25,807 bases of DNA. Origin: Candidatus Polarisedimenticolia bacterium. Lineage in GTDB: Bacteria; Acidobacteriota; Polarisedimenticolia; Gp22-AA2. The DNA lies in NCBI GenBank assembly GCA_035260145.1, contig DATFVU010000082.1:1-25807 (forward strand). Reading direction: 5' to 3'. The position numbers and the translations under genes are program-made. Position 1 is the stretch's first letter. Every line of letters starts with the position of its first letter. Under the pieces are notes generated by a model. It saw nothing but the letters and a program-made list of their open reading frames with translations, was not told the DNA's origin and ran no database searches. Positions 6,884 through 14,836 of the stretch are shown here, piece after piece.

Positions 6884-8119
6884 TCACGCCGGCACGCGGC
6901 GGGACGGCTGAAATCGATCGAGAACACCCCACAGCCCGTACGACGCCACGAGGAGTATCACCGGGTCGGCCGGAGAGCGAATGCGTCCATCGGCCCAGTA
7001 GATGGCGGCCGTGAGGGTCACGGCCAGGACGGGAGCGAGAAGCGGCAGGATGCGCCCGTCCCGGCACCGAATGGCCAGGAAAAGACCCGCGGCAAAGAGG
7101 CCCAGGACGGGCAGGAATGCCAGGGGAGCGAGCCATCGCTGCAGGGCGGAATCCAGCTCGGGGAACGGATTCCACAACCTCAAGAGTTTGCTCCCGACGA
7201 GCGCCGGCATGTCGCCCGGCGATGTCCTCATGTAGTGGAGCGCGCGCTCGAAGTACACGCGATCTTGCTCCGTTTCGGGCAGCCGGGAGACCGCCTCATC
7301 CCTTTCCCTTCCACCGGGGAGAAATCGGCCGCGCAGTCCGGGATCGGCCGCAACGATCGCATTGTTCCCCTCCCATAGGACAAGGCCGCCCATGGTGGTG
7401 AGCGGCACGAACCGCCCGTGCACGCGATAGTTCCGTACTCCCCAGGGAAGCAGGACAAGACAAAACACCACGAGAGCGACGGCCGTGCGCAGCCACCGGC
7501 GCCCCGGGACGCCGAGAAGCCAGAGGAGACCCAGGGGAAGCAGGAATCCCATGTTGGGTCGGGTCAATGTTGCAAGCGCGCTCAGGCATGACCAGCCCGC
7601 GGTCCAGCGCAGCGAGTCTCGGGCCCTGGTGAGGGCGGCGATCGTGGCGGTGGTCAGAAGCGCGCATAGAGGCTCCGACACGAGACTTCCCGTCCAGAGG
7701 ATGGCGTGCGGGTACACGGCGCAGGCGAGCGCGGCGGTGACGCCGATCCGAGCGCCGAGCCAGGAGCTTCCGAGAGTGAGCAGCACCGAGCAGGTCAGCG
7801 CCCCCACGACTGCCTGCGTGACCCGGGCCGCCGGCCAGCTATGTCCGACGAGAGAGTAAACGCCGGCGAGGAGGATCGGAAAGCCCGGGGCCCGTCTCGA
7901 GCGGTACCCCTCCGCGTCCACGTACGGCCCTCCCTGCGTCAGGCGCGTCGCGATGCTGTCGTACAGGAGGGCATCGTCCCGGGGCGGCGTGGCCAGACCC
8001 ACGACGCCCGTCTGGAAGGCCAGACGCGCCGCGAGAGCGAGAACGAAGACCGCCGCGTGAACCCACAGCCGGCGCCTCCCGCGGAGACTGTCGGGGGCCG
8101 ACCCGGCGACAGCGGACAT
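6884..8119 (-). CDS. Multi-TM GT-C fold glycosyltransferase (ArnT/PMT-like, GT39/GT83-like)
   Basis: N-terminal TM followed by a DD-containing loop ([12 protein letters not shown]), RAPGFP, LVSEPL, LTRPN and PWGVRNY...GLVLWEGNN, with many hydrophobic segments. I placed the start at ATG 8119 because the ORF-track extension to 8341 overlaps the divergent gene. Confidence 0.75.
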   Translation of the reverse strand: MSAVAGSAPDSLRGRRRLWVHAAVFVLALAARLAFQTGVVGLATPPRDDALLYDSIATRLTQGGPYVDAEGYRSRRAPGFPILLAGVYSLVGHSWPAARVTQAVVGALTCSVLLTLGSSWLGARIGVTAALACAVYPHAILWTGSLVSEPLCALLTTATIAALTRARDSLRWTAGWSCLSALATLTRPNMGFLLPLGLLWLLGVPGRRWLRTAVALVVFCLVLLPWGVRNYRVHGRFVPLTTMGGLVLWEGNNAIVAADPGLRGRFLPGGRERDEAVSRLPETEQDRVYFERALHYMRTSPGDMPALVGSKLLRLWNPFPELDSALQRWLAPLAFLPVLGLFAAGLFLAIRCRDGRILPLLAPVLAVTLTAAIYWADGRIRSPADPVILLVASYGLWGVLDRFQPSRRVPA

Positions 8120-8127
8120 CGCGAATG

Positions 8128-8137
8128 ATGGTATAGT
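8128..8137. promoter_or_regulatory. Overlapping divergent -10 candidates: plus-strand TG-G-TATAGT (8129-8137) and minus-strand TACCAT (8133-8128)
   Basis: The only AT-rich patch between the two divergent starts. The plus-strand element fits an extended -10; the minus-strand one is weaker. Confidence 0.4.
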
Positions 8138-8171
8138 CTCGCCCCGCATCATGGAGGTGTCACGAGCGCCC

Positions 8172-9191
8172 ATGAGTTCTTCCTCACGCCGCGCGCGTCG
8201 ATCCGCGTCCCGCCGCCCACCCCGAATCCTCATCACAGGCGGCGCCGGGTTCATCGGCTCCCACCTTTGCGACTTCTTCCTGGCGAAGGGCTGCGAGGTG
8301 GTCTGCGTGGACAACCTCCTCACGGGAACCACCGACAACATCGCTCATATTCGCAACGTCCGGTTCAACTACATCCATCTCGACGTCACCAACTATATCT
8401 ACATCGATGGTCCGGTGGACTCGATCCTTCATTTCGCCAGCCCCGCGAGCCCCAGAGACTACCTTGAACTGCCCATTCAGACACTGAAGGTCGGCTCTCT
8501 CGGCACCCACAAGGCGCTCGGACTGGCGAAGGCCAAAGGAGCCAGATTTCTCCTGGCCTCCACATCCGAGGTCTACGGGGACCCGCTCATCCACCCGCAG
8601 AAGGAATCCTACTGGGGAAATGTCAATCCGGTCGGCCCGAGGGGCGTGTACGACGAGGCGAAGCGCTTCGCGGAGGCCCTCACCGTCGCCTATCGGACCT
8701 TTCACGGCGTCGACACGAAGATCGCGCGCATCTTCAACACGTACGGGCCGCGCATGCGGCTCAACGACGGGCGGGCGATCCCCGCGTTCATGTCCCAAAG
8801 TCTCACCGGAAAGCCGGTGACCGTGTTCGGCGACGGCAGCCAGACGCGATCGTTCTGCTACATCGATGACCTGGTGGATGGCATTTACCGGCTTCTGATG
8901 TCGTCCCACCACGGCCCCGTCAATCTGGGCAATCCGCGCGAGCTCTCCTTGCTCGAGATGGCGCAGAAGGTCATCCACCTCACGGGGTCCCGCAGCCGCA
9001 TCGTTCACCGTCCCCTTCCCGTCGACGACCCCAAAGTGCGCCAGCCCGATATCACCCTCGCCACAAAACATCTGGGATGGAGCCCCCGCGTGGGGCTCGA
9101 CCAGGGGCTGAAGCGCACGGTTCGTTATTTTCAGGAGCGCCTGCGCCCGTCGAAACGCCGCCGCTCGCCCGGCCGGTCCGGCCGATCGTAG
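8172..9191 (+). CDS. UDP-glucuronate decarboxylase (UDP-xylose synthase-like SDR)
   Basis: [69 protein letters not shown] and [20 protein letters not shown] at 8153-8159; alternative start ATG 8151. The only plus-strand gene in the window. Confidence 0.92.
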   Translation: MSSSSRRARRSASRRPPRILITGGAGFIGSHLCDFFLAKGCEVVCVDNLLTGTTDNIAHIRNVRFNYIHLDVTNYIYIDGPVDSILHFASPASPRDYLELPIQTLKVGSLGTHKALGLAKAKGARFLLASTSEVYGDPLIHPQKESYWGNVNPVGPRGVYDEAKRFAEALTVAYRTFHGVDTKIARIFNTYGPRMRLNDGRAIPAFMSQSLTGKPVTVFGDGSQTRSFCYIDDLVDGIYRLLMSSHHGPVNLGNPRELSLLEMAQKVIHLTGSRSRIVHRPLPVDDPKVRQPDITLATKHLGWSPRVGLDQGLKRTVRYFQERLRPSKRRRSPGRSGRS

Positions 9192-9208
9192 CGGGCTGCC
9201 TCGCTTTT
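9191..9208 (+). terminator. Weak candidate intrinsic terminator after the plus-strand decarboxylase
   Basis: GCGGG-CTGC-CTCGC, a 5-bp stem with one GU pair, followed by TTTT in the convergent gap. Confidence 0.2.
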
Positions 9209-9211
9209 CAG

Positions 9212-9940
9212 CTACGTCTTTCGGATGACGGCGAGCAGGTGGGACCGAAGAGGCGGGACCTTCTGCAAGGCGCGACAGGCCGCGTCCGACAGTCTCTCGA
9301 ACAGCCGCATCAACTGCGGGATTGGCGTGGTGCTTCGCACCTTGACGAGGGCCCCCGCGAACGCCCCGCGCAGCTCCGAGGCCGTCAGGGGGCGGGTGTT
9401 CCGGTTCCAGGGGTTGGGATAACGGGTGTCGTAGGAGAGGAACAGCCCTCCCGGAGCGAGAACGCGGTCCACCTCTCCGAGGATCCGTTTCCTCCAGCTG
9501 GCGTCGAGCACGCTGGAGATCATGGTCGACTGATAGACCAGGTCGAATGAACCGGCGCGGAACGGCAGCCGGGAGGCATCCGCCTGGATCGACGCGAGCC
9601 AGGCGTGCGAGGCCCGGGCCGCGCGCGCGAACTCGGGCAGCAGATCCACGGCGACGATCCGGTCGGCCCGGAATCCGAGACCTCGGAAACGTTCGCAGTC
9701 GGCCCCACCGCCCGCGCCCAGATCGAGCAGGCGGGCGGTCTCGACCCGTACCCCTTCCTCCCCGAGCACGCGGGTGATCTCCTGCCACTTGTGCTCGAGC
9801 TCGAAGCGCGCCGCCGCGCCCGACCAGATCCGTCTGTAGCGGGGATCGGAATCGTAACCGCGATAGACTGACTGAAGCCGCGCCTGCTCCGCCAGGCCTT
9901 CGCTCACGACGCCCGGCGAGGCCCTGCCATCCTGATCCAT
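9212..9940 (-). CDS. Class I SAM-dependent methyltransferase
   Basis: Motif I RLLDLGAGGG, followed by VAVDL, QADASRLPF...SFDLV and VLAPGGLFL. Confidence 0.88.
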   Translation of the reverse strand: MDQDGRASPGVVSEGLAEQARLQSVYRGYDSDPRYRRIWSGAAARFELEHKWQEITRVLGEEGVRVETARLLDLGAGGGADCERFRGLGFRADRIVAVDLLPEFARAARASHAWLASIQADASRLPFRAGSFDLVYQSTMISSVLDASWRKRILGEVDRVLAPGGLFLSYDTRYPNPWNRNTRPLTASELRGAFAGALVKVRSTTPIPQLMRLFERLSDAACRALQKVPPLRSHLLAVIRKT

Positions 9941-9958
9941 CGGTCCCGCCGCCGCGTC

Positions 9959-12109
9959 TTATCCGACGATCCGGGTGATCTTCTCGGCGGCACCCGGCTC
10001 CTCGGTTCCGAGGGCGGGGGATGATCTGCTCTTCTTGCTCTTCCTGGAAGCCGACGTCTCGCCGTAGTAGTAATAGCCGACGTAATAGTAGTCCTTGAAA
10101 TCCGAGCGGTGCACGTCGATGCTATTGAGCACGCCGCCGATGACGTTCGGGTTGACCTTGCGCAAATCGGAGACGCATCGCCGGATCAGATCCTTGTCGT
10201 TCTCGTTGTGCTTGACGACGAACGTGACCATGTCGCAGAGTGACGCCAGGATCGTGGCGTCGGCCAGCGAAACCGCGGGCGGCGAATCGATGAATACCCA
10301 ATCGAACTCCTCGCGCAGCTCCTTGAGGAGACGCTTGAAGCGCTCCTGACCGAAAACGTCCGCGGGATTCGGAGGGATGGGCCCACTGGTGAGCGCGTGC
10401 AGGTTGGGCACCTCGGTCGCCTTGATATAGTTCCGCCAATCGTCCCCCTCGGTCGACAGGATGTAGTTGGTGATTCCGTGATCCCGTCCCAGCTTCAGCC
10501 ACTGGTGGACGGTAGGCCGCCTCAGGTCGCAATCGATGATGACGACCTTCTCGCCGGCGTTCGCCAGAGTCCTCCCCAGATTGACGGTGGTGCAGGTCTT
10601 TCCCTCCTGCGGGCCCGCGCTCGTCACGAGAACCGCGTTGGCCGCGCGCGACTTTCGCGAGAAGAGGAGACTGGTCCGCAGGGTCTGATAGGCCTCCCGG
10701 ACCGCCCGCCGCGTTTCGTCGGAGTCGCGCGGCACGATGGCGAGAATGTTCAGCTTGAGATAGCGCTCGACGTCTTCCGAGGTGCGGACGGTGTTGTCCA
10801 TGTAGTCCAGGAAGAAGACCGTTCCCACCCCGAGGAGGAGGCCCAGGATGATCCCGATGGCCATGTTCAGCACCGGCCGGGGCTTCACGGGGGCCTTCGG
10901 GAGGGGCGCTTCGTCCAGAACCCGAAGATTGTTGTTCAGCAGGCTCGCGCTGAGATCGATTTCCTTGACCCGGGCGCTGATCAGATCATAGATCCGCCGC
11001 GTGTCGACCGCCTCGCTGCGCATGAGCTCGAAGGTGGTCGCTTTCTCGTTGACCCGCAACGACTCGGACCGGGTCGAGTCGATCGCCGCCGCCAGCTTCG
11101 TCTCTCGATCCTTCAAGAGCGCGTAGTCCGTGCGCAGCCCGCTGATGATGCGATCGATCTCGGAAGCCATTTTCTGGCTGGTCTTGTCGATCTCGCTTTG
11201 TTTCTCGAGAACTTTCACGTGCTTTTCTCTGTACGTCACGAGCAGCTTCTCGAGATCGCGTTCGAGACCCGCTTTCTCGCGGTAGAGATCGCGGACGACC
11301 GCGTCGGCGCTGATCACCGGGATCGTTTCGAACGAGCCGCCGCTCTGCCGTATCTCGTCGATCCGTTTGAGCACGCTCTCGATCTCCGACCGCTTGACCT
11401 GAGTGTCCGTAAAGTCGGCCTGCAGGGTGGAGAGTCGGTCGTTGGTGATCTTCTGCTGGTTTTCCGGAACATAGAGGTTGTCCTTCTCCGCCAGCTCGAA
11501 GCTGCTGCGCTGCGTGTTCTGCAGCTTCTCTCTCAGGGGCGCCACCTCGCTGAGAAGAGCCTTCACGGCTCTCGTCGTGGCCTCGATGGAAAGGTCGAGA
11601 TTTCGATCGACGTACGCGTCGGCGATCGCGTTGACCCAGATCTGGACCTCCTGGGGGCTGGGGCCCTCCAGGGTTATTTCCACGATCCCGGTATCCTTGA
11701 TCGGCACCACCTGTACCATACTGGCGAAGGCGCCGACGGGATCGGAGTTCTTCTTGAACAACGGATGGTTGTAGAGATCGAGCTTGTCGAAGACCCGCTG
11801 CGCGACGTCACGGCTCTTGATGATTTCATACTGCGTGTTGAAGTAGCGCTCCTCGGCAAACCACCCGTAGTTGCCCGAGCCGAGCTCGGAGACGTCTGCG
11901 ACCGGAGCGACCTTGCGCGCCTGCGGCGTGATCTCGACCGTCGCCCTCGCGCGGTAGATCGGCTTTTGAGTGAACGTCCCGATGGCCACCAGCGTGACGA
12001 CCACCACGAAGATGCTCAGGACGGTCCAGCGCCCTCGCACGACGGTGCGCCAGTAGTCGAGCAGATGGACGTCTCGCTTTTCCTCAGGAGTTGGCAGGTT
12101 GTTCGACAT
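9959..12109 (-). CDS. wzc: Polysaccharide co-polymerase / tyrosine autokinase (Wzc/GumC type)
   Basis: Two TM segments flank a coiled-coil periplasmic region. Walker A TSAGPQEGKT, Walker A' IIDCDLRRP, Walker B FIDSPP, and the C-terminal Tyr cluster YYYVGYYYY. Confidence 0.93.
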   Translation of the reverse strand: MSNNLPTPEEKRDVHLLDYWRTVVRGRWTVLSIFVVVVTLVAIGTFTQKPIYRARATVEITPQARKVAPVADVSELGSGNYGWFAEERYFNTQYEIIKSRDVAQRVFDKLDLYNHPLFKKNSDPVGAFASMVQVVPIKDTGIVEITLEGPSPQEVQIWVNAIADAYVDRNLDLSIEATTRAVKALLSEVAPLREKLQNTQRSSFELAEKDNLYVPENQQKITNDRLSTLQADFTDTQVKRSEIESVLKRIDEIRQSGGSFETIPVISADAVVRDLYREKAGLERDLEKLLVTYREKHVKVLEKQSEIDKTSQKMASEIDRIISGLRTDYALLKDRETKLAAAIDSTRSESLRVNEKATTFELMRSEAVDTRRIYDLISARVKEIDLSASLLNNNLRVLDEAPLPKAPVKPRPVLNMAIGIILGLLLGVGTVFFLDYMDNTVRTSEDVERYLKLNILAIVPRDSDETRRAVREAYQTLRTSLLFSRKSRAANAVLVTSAGPQEGKTCTTVNLGRTLANAGEKVVIIDCDLRRPTVHQWLKLGRDHGITNYILSTEGDDWRNYIKATEVPNLHALTSGPIPPNPADVFGQERFKRLLKELREEFDWVFIDSPPAVSLADATILASLCDMVTFVVKHNENDKDLIRRCVSDLRKVNPNVIGGVLNSIDVHRSDFKDYYYVGYYYYGETSASRKSKKSRSSPALGTEEPGAAEKITRIVG

Positions 12110-12143
12110 GTCGTAATCCTATCACCAAAGTCCCTGTTTGCAA
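12110..12143 (-). promoter_or_regulatory. Candidate sigma70 promoter immediately upstream of wzc: TTGCAA-16 nt-TAGGAT with a TGn extension
   Basis: -35 at 12143-12138 and -10 at 12121-12116, with exactly 6 nt between the -10 and the wzc ATG. Confidence 0.5.
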
Positions 12144-12164
12144 GGTGTTTGTGGGAGGGCCGCT

Positions 12165-13334
12165 CTAGAAGACGCGCCGCGATACGATAATGAGATCGTT
12201 CGGCTTCAGCGGGATGTCCGCCGCCTTGCCCGATTCGATCGCTTTCAGGTTCACGCTCACTTTCTGCTGGACGCGATCGCCCTCGGTGCGGAGCAGCACG
12301 ACGTCCTTGCGGTTCGCGAACTGTGTCAGTCCTCCGGCGAAGGTGATCGCTTTCAGCACCGTCATCCCCTTCTCGAGGAAGAATGGCCCCGGCTTGGCCA
12401 CCTCACCCCGAATGTAAAAGACGTCCTTCTCCCCGACCGTGACGATGTCCCCCGGAGATAGGGCGAAGTTCACCTCCTGGTTGTCCGCGGAGAACAGGCT
12501 ACCCCTTTCCACGACGATCTGCCGGGCCTCGGCGCCCGGATGATCGCGGTGCGTGATGATCACTCTCTCTCCCGCCTCCTTCGTCGGCCCCCCCGCTTCG
12601 GCCACGAGGTCGATGACGTGCATGTCCCGTTTCAGGAGATACTTTCCGGGGGTTCTGATTTCGCCGAGAATCGTCACCCACCGACTCTGCGATTCCTTGA
12701 CCTCCACGCCGACCTGAGGGTCGACGAGGTAGTCCTTGCCGAGGGCCTTGGTGATTTCCCCGTCCACCTCCGACGGCGTCTTTCCCACAACCTGAAGGTC
12801 GCCGATGAGCGGATAAGAAAGGGTGCCGTCGGTGCGAACGTCCACGACCCTGTTCAGATCCTCGTGCCCGAAGACGCTGATCTCGAGCTTGTCGCCGACG
12901 CCGATGCGGTATTCGTCCCGATCGCCCGCGACGCCGTCCAATGAAGCCCGGCGAGTGAACCGGATCTCCAGACCACCGGCCGACTGCTCGACGCTCGACA
13001 GATCCCCCTCGCCCAGCTGGAACCGCACGCGAACCCCACCGGACGCCCCGGCCGATTCGATGCGTGCCTGCCGGACCAGGCCCCCGTCGAGCGCGTAACG
13101 CTCCTGAAGACGGCTCACGGCGCCCGGGAACTCGACGATCACTTCGCGCGCGGCCCCCGGGGACACGGTGCATCGGAAAACAGTCGCAGACGTCTTGATC
13201 TGAACGGACAGCCCCGCCGATGAGGCGTCGAACTTGAGATCCTGGATCTCGTGTGCGGCCGGCGGGGACTCGGCCCCCCAGGCCGCGCACGCCCACGCCG
13301 CAACGCAAACAACCCAGAGGGCTCTCCCGCGCAT
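12165..13334 (-). CDS. wza: OPX-family polysaccharide export protein (Poly_export + two SLBB domains) with an N-terminal AMIN-like domain
   Basis: YRIGVGDKLEISVFGHEDL...DGTLSYPLIGDLQVVGKT, VTILGEIRTPGKY, FYIRGEVAKPGPF and AITFAGGLTQFA. A signal peptide is followed by about 100 aa of beta-rich sequence. Start placed at ATG 13334, just after the barrel gene's stop. Confidence 0.85.
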   Translation of the reverse strand: MRGRALWVVCVAAWACAAWGAESPPAAHEIQDLKFDASSAGLSVQIKTSATVFRCTVSPGAAREVIVEFPGAVSRLQERYALDGGLVRQARIESAGASGGVRVRFQLGEGDLSSVEQSAGGLEIRFTRRASLDGVAGDRDEYRIGVGDKLEISVFGHEDLNRVVDVRTDGTLSYPLIGDLQVVGKTPSEVDGEITKALGKDYLVDPQVGVEVKESQSRWVTILGEIRTPGKYLLKRDMHVIDLVAEAGGPTKEAGERVIITHRDHPGAEARQIVVERGSLFSADNQEVNFALSPGDIVTVGEKDVFYIRGEVAKPGPFFLEKGMTVLKAITFAGGLTQFANRKDVVLLRTEGDRVQQKVSVNLKAIESGKAADIPLKPNDLIIVSRRVF

Positions 13335-13336
13335 GC

Positions 13337-14836
13337 TCACCGCCACCCCATCTCGATCCTGAAAAAGACCCGGTCCACGTCATAGTGAAATGGGTCGAAG
13401 AATTGGCCTTGACTCACCTGTTCGATGTTCGAATGACGTCGGTCGTTATTATAGCCGATGAAAATGCCCAGTCTCTGACGTGGCCTGTATCCGACGCCGA
13501 TCTCGAACAGGGAGGCCCGGTCATTTCGCTTCACGCCCATCGACGGGCACTCCGGAGGACCGCCAGGCTGCGGAACGCAGAACAGCCTTTCCAGGCCGTC
13601 GATCAGGTCGTTATTGTTGCAGTCGGAGCTGTCGGGAATCCGGTCACCGTCGCAATCCTCGGTGAACGGTGTGTCCGGGCGCACCGACAGGTCCAACCCT
13701 TCCGGATAGGCGTTGTTCCGAAAGGTCCCGGCGATCTCCCAGTAGACGCTGCTGCCGATCTGATGCAGGAATCTCACGCTGATCTGATCGTTGAGATAGT
13801 AGGGCTGATCGAGGAAGAAGGACTGATAGGGCGCATGGCCGACCGTCACGGAGAGGTTGCTCGTTTCGCTGAGCTGCAGGGAGGCGTTGATGTCGGCCAC
13901 CATGCCGCCAAAATTGCCCGTAGACCCCCCCGTGAACGCAAGATTCTGGTATCCGACTCTTGCAGCGGTCGTCACCTCCTGGTTGAAGGCCCGGGTCCCC
14001 CCCACGCCCAGCGTTTTACCTCGCGAGTCCACATCCTGGAAGAGGAAGGAGGCCCGATCCTGTTCGTTGTCCTCGATCGCCGCGAACCCGTACACGGTAT
14101 CCGTCATCGAGAGGCGATAGTTGTAGCGACCCTCCATGCTGTCCCGGGTGTAGCCCTGAACCGCGATGTCGGCGACCACGTCGTAGTGCACGCGGCTGTG
14201 TCCCAAGACATACGACACGGATTGTCGGGCCCCTATGTCGAGGTCGGCCTGCAGGGAGGGTTCGTTCGTCGTGAATGGCCGATGACTCACGATCACCTCC
14301 CCGCCCGGATCGAACTCCTGGACCTCCTGGATGCCTCGGACGTAATGCTCCCGAATCACCAGATGCAGGGCGCGCCCCACTTGCATAAGCGCCTCGAAGT
14401 CGAAGAAATGACTGCGCTCGTTGGGGACCGGCAGGACATCGGTCGTGTAGGCGCGGTAGTAGCCGGTGTAGGCCCAGCGGATCCGGCTCTGCCCAATCGG
14501 CAGGTCCATCATCACGCGCGGTTTCACGAGGAGCACGCCGGAGCCGAGGTCAACGGAGGAAGGAAGATCCTCGCTACTGTACAGCACGTTGCTGTCGTTG
14601 ATGAAATCGATGCTCACGGAGGGGTAGAAGATGAAGCGACCGGCGTTCAGCCCCTGCGAGACCGTCTGGAACGGTCCCGACTGGGCGCTCGCCGGCCGTA
14701 TTGGACCGAATATCAGAGAGGCGGCCATGAGCAGAAGGAATGTCCCGGCCGCGGGCGGACGGCGCCCCCTCCCGGTCTCTTGCGCCACGCAGTGTCGATG
14801 ATTCCGGGCCTGCCCGATCGTCCTAGGCCTGGGCAT
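13337..14836 (-). CDS. Outer-membrane beta-barrel protein of the exopolysaccharide locus (BBP2/EpsL/EpsX-like)
   Basis: Signal-peptide-like segment (FLLLMAASLIFGPIRPASA-Q), alternating amphipathic beta-strands, C-terminal FFRIEMGWR, and a position directly upstream of the OPX gene. The exact start is uncertain. Confidence 0.75.
   Translation of the reverse strand: MPRPRTIGQARNHRHCVAQETGRGRRPPAAGTFLLLMAASLIFGPIRPASAQSGPFQTVSQGLNAGRFIFYPSVSIDFINDSNVLYSSEDLPSSVDLGSGVLLVKPRVMMDLPIGQSRIRWAYTGYYRAYTTDVLPVPNERSHFFDFEALMQVGRALHLVIREHYVRGIQEVQEFDPGGEVIVSHRPFTTNEPSLQADLDIGARQSVSYVLGHSRVHYDVVADIAVQGYTRDSMEGRYNYRLSMTDTVYGFAAIEDNEQDRASFLFQDVDSRGKTLGVGGTRAFNQEVTTAARVGYQNLAFTGGSTGNFGGMVADINASLQLSETSNLSVTVGHAPYQSFFLDQPYYLNDQISVRFLHQIGSSVYWEIAGTFRNNAYPEGLDLSVRPDTPFTEDCDGDRIPDSSDCNNNDLIDGLERLFCVPQPGGPPECPSMGVKRNDRASLFEIGVGYRPRQRLGIFIGYNNDRRHSNIEQVSQGQFFDPFHYDVDRVFFRIEMGWR

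Noticed and set aside
9140-9191. Arg-rich N- and C-terminal tails on several proteins (UXS, CoaB, DegT, barrel) as targeting signals
   Set aside because: More simply explained by GC-driven amino-acid bias and uncertain start positions. No shared motif or clear twin-arginine signal followed by a hydrophobic core.
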